Source: Macrostomum lignano
Lineage: Eukaryota
Length of the DNA stretch: 40,834 nt
Direction: 5' to 3'
Assembly (NCBI GenBank): GCA_002269645.1
Contig: NIVC01004602.1
Span: forward strand, 1 to 40,834
Every line of letters starts with the position of its first letter. Position 1 is the stretch's first letter. Both the position numbers and the translations under genes were made by a program. The notes beneath the pieces are model-generated. The model was given only the letters and a program-made list of their open reading frames with translations. It was not told where the DNA came from and made no database searches. This document shows, in pieces, positions 37,001 through 40,834 of this stretch.

Positions 37001-40000
37001 GCTTCAGGGACTGTTTAGGGATTGCGGGTGAGACTTTGGATTCGAGTTTTGCTTGATAAATTTTGGTTTTTGTCTCAGTTTAGATTTTATTAGAATCACT
37101 TTAGATCTTATTAGGATCAGTTTAGATTCTGTTAGAATCATTTTAGGTTCCATTAGGATCATTTTAGATTCTATTATGATCAGTTTTAGATTCTATTAGG
37201 ATCAGTTTTAGATTTTATTAGGATCAGTTTTAGATTCTATTATGATCAGTTTTAGATTCTATTAGGATCAGTTTTAGATTCTATTAGGATCAGTTTTAGA
37301 TTTTATTAGGATCAGTTTATATTCTGTTAGGATCAGTTTAGATTCTATTAGGATCAGTTTAGATTCTATTAGGATCAGTTTAGATTCTATTAGAATCAGT
37401 TTTGTTTCTTTTAGGATCAGTTTAGATTCTATTAGAATCAGTTTTGTTTCTTTTAGGATCAGTTTTAGATTCTATTATGATCAGTTTTAGATTCTATTAG
37501 GATCAGTTTTAGATTCTATTAGGATCAGTTTTAGATTTTATTAGGATCAGTTTATATTCTGTTAGGATCAGTTTAGATTCTATTAGGATCAGTTTAGATT
37601 CTATTAGGATCAGTTTAGATTCTATTAGAATCAGTTTTGTTTCTTTTAGGATCAGTTTAGATTCTATTAGGATCAGTTTTGGTTCTTTTAGGATCAGTTT
37701 AGATTCTATCTCGTACTAAAATCAGTTTAGATTCTATTAGGATCAATTTAGATTCGGTTAGCATCAATTTAGATTCGGTTAGGATCAATTTAGATTCGTT
37801 TAGGATCAGTTTAGATTCTTTTAGGATCAGTTTAGATTCTATCTCGTACTAAAATCAATTTAGATTTGGTTAGGATCAATTTAGATTCGGTTAGGATCAA
37901 TTTAGATTTGGTTAGGATCAATTTAGATTCGTTTAGGATCAGCTTAGCATTTCACCAAGACCAGTTTAGTTACTGCTAAGATAGAGTTCAGTTATGCTCT
38001 ACTCGAACTGTTTCCAGTTTTGCACCTTTCAAAACTACCAGCACTATCACTCCGCAGCATCAGTCTCAGCCGCGATCAAGAGTCCCGCCTAGTCGGAGGC
38101 GCCGGCCTTTCCAGCCTTCTCAGCCAGCTCGCCTCCGTCGCTGCTCCCGCCCTCCTGCCCGACTGTCGCCTCGCTGTCGACTCCTTGACTCGCGCCGTCG
38201 CCGCCGCCGCCGCCGCTGCCGCTTCGACCTCCGACGAAGTCCCCGCCGCTGAAATAGTCGATCGCGAAGTGTCGCTGCTCCGCTGCGCCCAAGCCGTCGC
38301 TTGCATCGTCCGCGCGCTCAACGTCGACGTGGCAGCGTCGGCGGCGTCGGCTACTGCCGTGTCGGAGGCGGACTATGACGCCGAGTCGAACCCGATCGAC
38401 GCCATGGCCGCCCTGGTGTCGCTGGCCGGCCAGCTGGCTAGCGGGGTGTCCGACTTGCTTCTTCGGGGCGAATTGCTTCGTCGACTAATTCAACTGCTGT
38501 TCCTCCGGCGAAGGCAGCTGCGAGCGTTCAATCGGCTTGCGCGAGAGTCAAGCGTCGATAGCGGAATCGGCGGTGCCGGTAGCGTCGCTGGTGTCGGCGG
38601 CGCGGGTGTCGACCACGGCAACGAGCTGGTAGCGTCCGACAATTTTGTCCGGCTTCATCTTGTTGAGATGCGTCACCTTGTAGCGGCGTTGAGGCAGCAG
38701 TTGGCGGCGGTTAAAACCGGACACTTGTCCGAATTCAGCCCCGAAGACTTGGCCGAACTTCGCAGTCTGGTCAATGGGCTGGAGTCTAGGCTGGCCGACC
38801 TGCAGTGGCGTCAGGAGCTGATCGCCTCGCTGCCCGAGCAGCCCGCCTTTGCCGCGGTTGAGCTGCCCGCCGCCGCTTTTGCTGGGGAAGACAGCAGGTG
38901 AGGCTTCCCGCACTGTCTTCCTACAGATTTCCTGAGAATCCCACACTCCATTCCCAAAATCCCACACTCCCTTTCCCAAATCCCACACCCCCTTTCCCAA
39001 ATTCCACACTCCCTTCCCCAAATCTCACACTTCCTTCCCCAAATCCCACACTCCCTTTCCCAAATCCAAACTCCCCCAAATCCCACACTCCCTTCCCCAA
39101 ATCCCACACTCCCCAAATCCCACACTTCCTTTCCCAAATCCACACTCCCTTCCCCAAATCCCACACTCCCTTTCCCAAATCCCACACTCCCTTTCCCAAA
39201 TCCCACACTCCTTCCCCAAATCCCACACTCCTTTCCCAAATCCCACACTCCCTTTCCCAAATCCCACACTCTCTTTCCCAAATCCCACACTCCCTTCCCC
39301 AAATCCCACACTCCCTTCCCCAAATCCCACACTCTCTTTCCCAAATCCCACACTCCCTTCCCAAATCCCACACTCCCTTCCCCAAATCCCACACTCTCTT
39401 TCCCAAATCCCACACTCCCTTCCCCAAATCCCACACTCCCTTCCCCAAATCCCACACTCCCTTCCCCAAATCCCTCGCTCCCTTTCCCAAATGCTACACT
39501 CCTTTGAATCCCACATTTTTTCAAATCCCACACTGTTTCTTTCAAATAATTTGACACCATTTGACTATAGTTTCAAATCGCAAACTATTCCTTGGAATAA
39601 TGTACCAAAGTGCCACATCTGTTTCACATCAACACTCCCTATAACGCAACAACGAAACATTCCCAGACACCGCAGGCCCGCAAACTGTCAGCCTCGGCTT
39701 CATCAAAATCCGCACCAGTCGGCAGCGCCACCCAGTCTGGCAGCGAAGATTCACAACAACTGGGCACCGCTGCTCAGACTCCGCCTCATAATCTTCATCA
39801 GCATCAAAAGTTCCGCCGCCGATTAGTGCACTACCTGGATTGCCCGGGACCCAGCCTGTTGGGTCTGTGCCTGATTCGCGGCAATCTGCAAGGCGCCTCT
39901 CAGACGGTGAAAATCTACAATCTTCAGCACAGCAGGCTGTGCGCTGAGCTGCACTGGCAGGAGCTGTTCCGTTCGAGACTGCTTCAACTGCGCACTCTTA

Positions 40001-40435
40001 GCGTTGGCGCCGCCGCTGCCGCAGCTTTGAGCACTTCCGCTTCCGGTGTTATTTCCGGTTCCGCTCAATCGACCTCGTCCTCGGTGTTGTCGTCAGGCGG
40101 TTTCGGTCAGGCGTCGTTAAGCGCTATTCGAGCAACAGCCCCCTGGTCAGGCTGGGGCCAACTAAATTAGCCGAGGAGCTGCTGTCGCAGATGCCAGATC
40201 GGTTCGCTGGCAGTTTGGTTGCCATAGCAACGGCGCCAACGCGGCCGCATCATCATCATATGGGCCATCATTATCACGCGCGATGGAAGGGATTATTAAG
40301 CGAATATTTGGCGGCCACGACGCGCTCCGGGTTGCCTAGCGATTTTGCGCACCTGTTGGACTTGGCTTGCGTCGGGCGGTCAGCCTGCCGGCTGTGAGAG
40401 ACCTGCTGCTCATGGCTAAGGACAGGATGCCGAAG
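34086..40435 (+). CDS. ZFYVE26: Probable ZFYVE26 / spastizin (SPG15) homolog, 5' part, continuing beyond the window; exons about 34086-34178 (tentative), 34997-35701, 36601-37027, 37992-38897, 39667-40435
   Basis: Collinear matches to human spastizin as I recall it: VLHLSKLPAL vs LHHLTNLPAL; LADLQWRQELI vs VSEAQWRHKVV; PGPSLLGLCLIRGNLQGASQTVKIYNLQHSRLCAEL vs PPESLLASCILRGNFAEAHQVLFTFNLKSSPSSGEL; SLSAIRATA vs TLQAIGSAA; LLDLAC vs AFDLAC. Strong GTGAG donors at 34179, 35702, 37028, 38898 and 40436. Four single-base restorations are needed (about 36605, 39677, 40140, 40375). The N-terminus is unresolved and the FYVE domain would lie outside the window. Confidence 0.72.
34177..34856. repeat. Minisatellite, 51-bp unit GTGTGAGTAAGGCTGAGAGTGAGAAGGATGACTGTGAGTAAGGCTGGGTCA, about 13 copies
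   Basis: Starts at the putative splice donor; two GTGAGTAAGG per unit. Confidence 0.95.
34858..34955. repeat. (TCTG)n / (CCTG)n microsatellite
   Basis: Tetranucleotide run just before the acceptor at 34995-34996. Confidence 0.92.
35748..36510. repeat. Intronic minisatellite, 18-bp unit TAGGGATATGGGATTTTT
   Basis: Perfect for about 190 bp, then degenerate. Confidence 0.95.
37070..37945. repeat. Intronic minisatellite, 21-22-bp unit TTAGGATCAGTTTTAGATTCTA
   Basis: Fills nearly the whole 37028-37991 intron. Confidence 0.95.
38930..39530. repeat. Intronic C-rich minisatellite, 21-bp unit CCCAAATCCCACACTCCCTTC
   Basis: About 28 units starting about 30 bp after the donor at 38898. Confidence 0.95.
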
Positions 40436-40489
40436 GTGAGTGCACCTGAAGTCGGGGCTGGTGGATATATTTTTCTTTAGTTTAGGTCT

Positions 40490-40834
40490 ACTATACTTAG
40501 TGATTTAGTTTGTTTATAAATTGGGAGTTCTGATCTACAGTTAAGGTTTTGGGTTGTTTATTTTATTATTTAGGTTCTTTTGGTTTAGGATTTAGGTTTT
40601 TAATTTATGATTTAGGTTCTTTAGTTTATGATTTCTAAGGTTCTTTAGTTTAGGATTTAGGTTTTTCAGTTTAGGATTTAGGTTCTTAATTTTAGGTTTT
40701 TAATTTATGATTTAGGTTCTTTAGTTTATGATTTCTAAGGTTCTTTAGTTTATAGGATTTAGGTTCTTTAGTTTGGATTTAGGCTCTTTAGTTTAGGATT
40801 TAGGCTCTTTAGTTTAGGATTTAGGCTCTTTAGT
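40490..40834. repeat. Intronic T-rich minisatellite, about 21-bp unit TTAGTTTAGGATTTAGGTTCT, running to the window end
   Basis: Degenerate TTTAGG-containing units after the donor at 40436. Confidence 0.88.

Noticed and set aside
40490-40834. True telomere at the window end
   Set aside because: A degenerate ~21-bp unit following a splice donor, not a pure (TTAGGG)n tract; it is interpreted as intronic.

Overview
Eukaryotic (animal) genomic DNA with GC-rich exons, AT-rich spacers, GT-AG introns and many short-unit tandem repeats. The style suggests a free-living flatworm such as Macrostomum; that is inference only. 0.6-23.1 kb holds five two-exon clan-2 (CYP2-like) cytochrome P450 genes sharing one phase-0 intron and a 675-nt exon 2. 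Three are intact, one has a single homopolymer frameshift and one is a true pseudogene. The paralogs look homogenised by gene conversion except at substrate-recognition sites, and copies 4 and 5 form a convergent inverted pair. About 0.8 kb upstream of the pseudogene is a module of three perfect heat-shock elements plus a FOXO-type site. The spacers contain two 5'-truncated RTE-type LINEs (one with a 10-bp TSD) and a hAT MITE (8-bp TSD) nested in a longer inverted-repeat element. The right part holds a complete three-exon salvador gene (Hippo pathway) and the 5' part of a probable ZFYVE26/spastizin gene; each ZFYVE26 intron is filled by its own minisatellite. Several apparent frameshifts are single-base losses in short homopolymers and may be assembly errors. 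Homology calls rest on motifs and remembered sequences, not on database searches.
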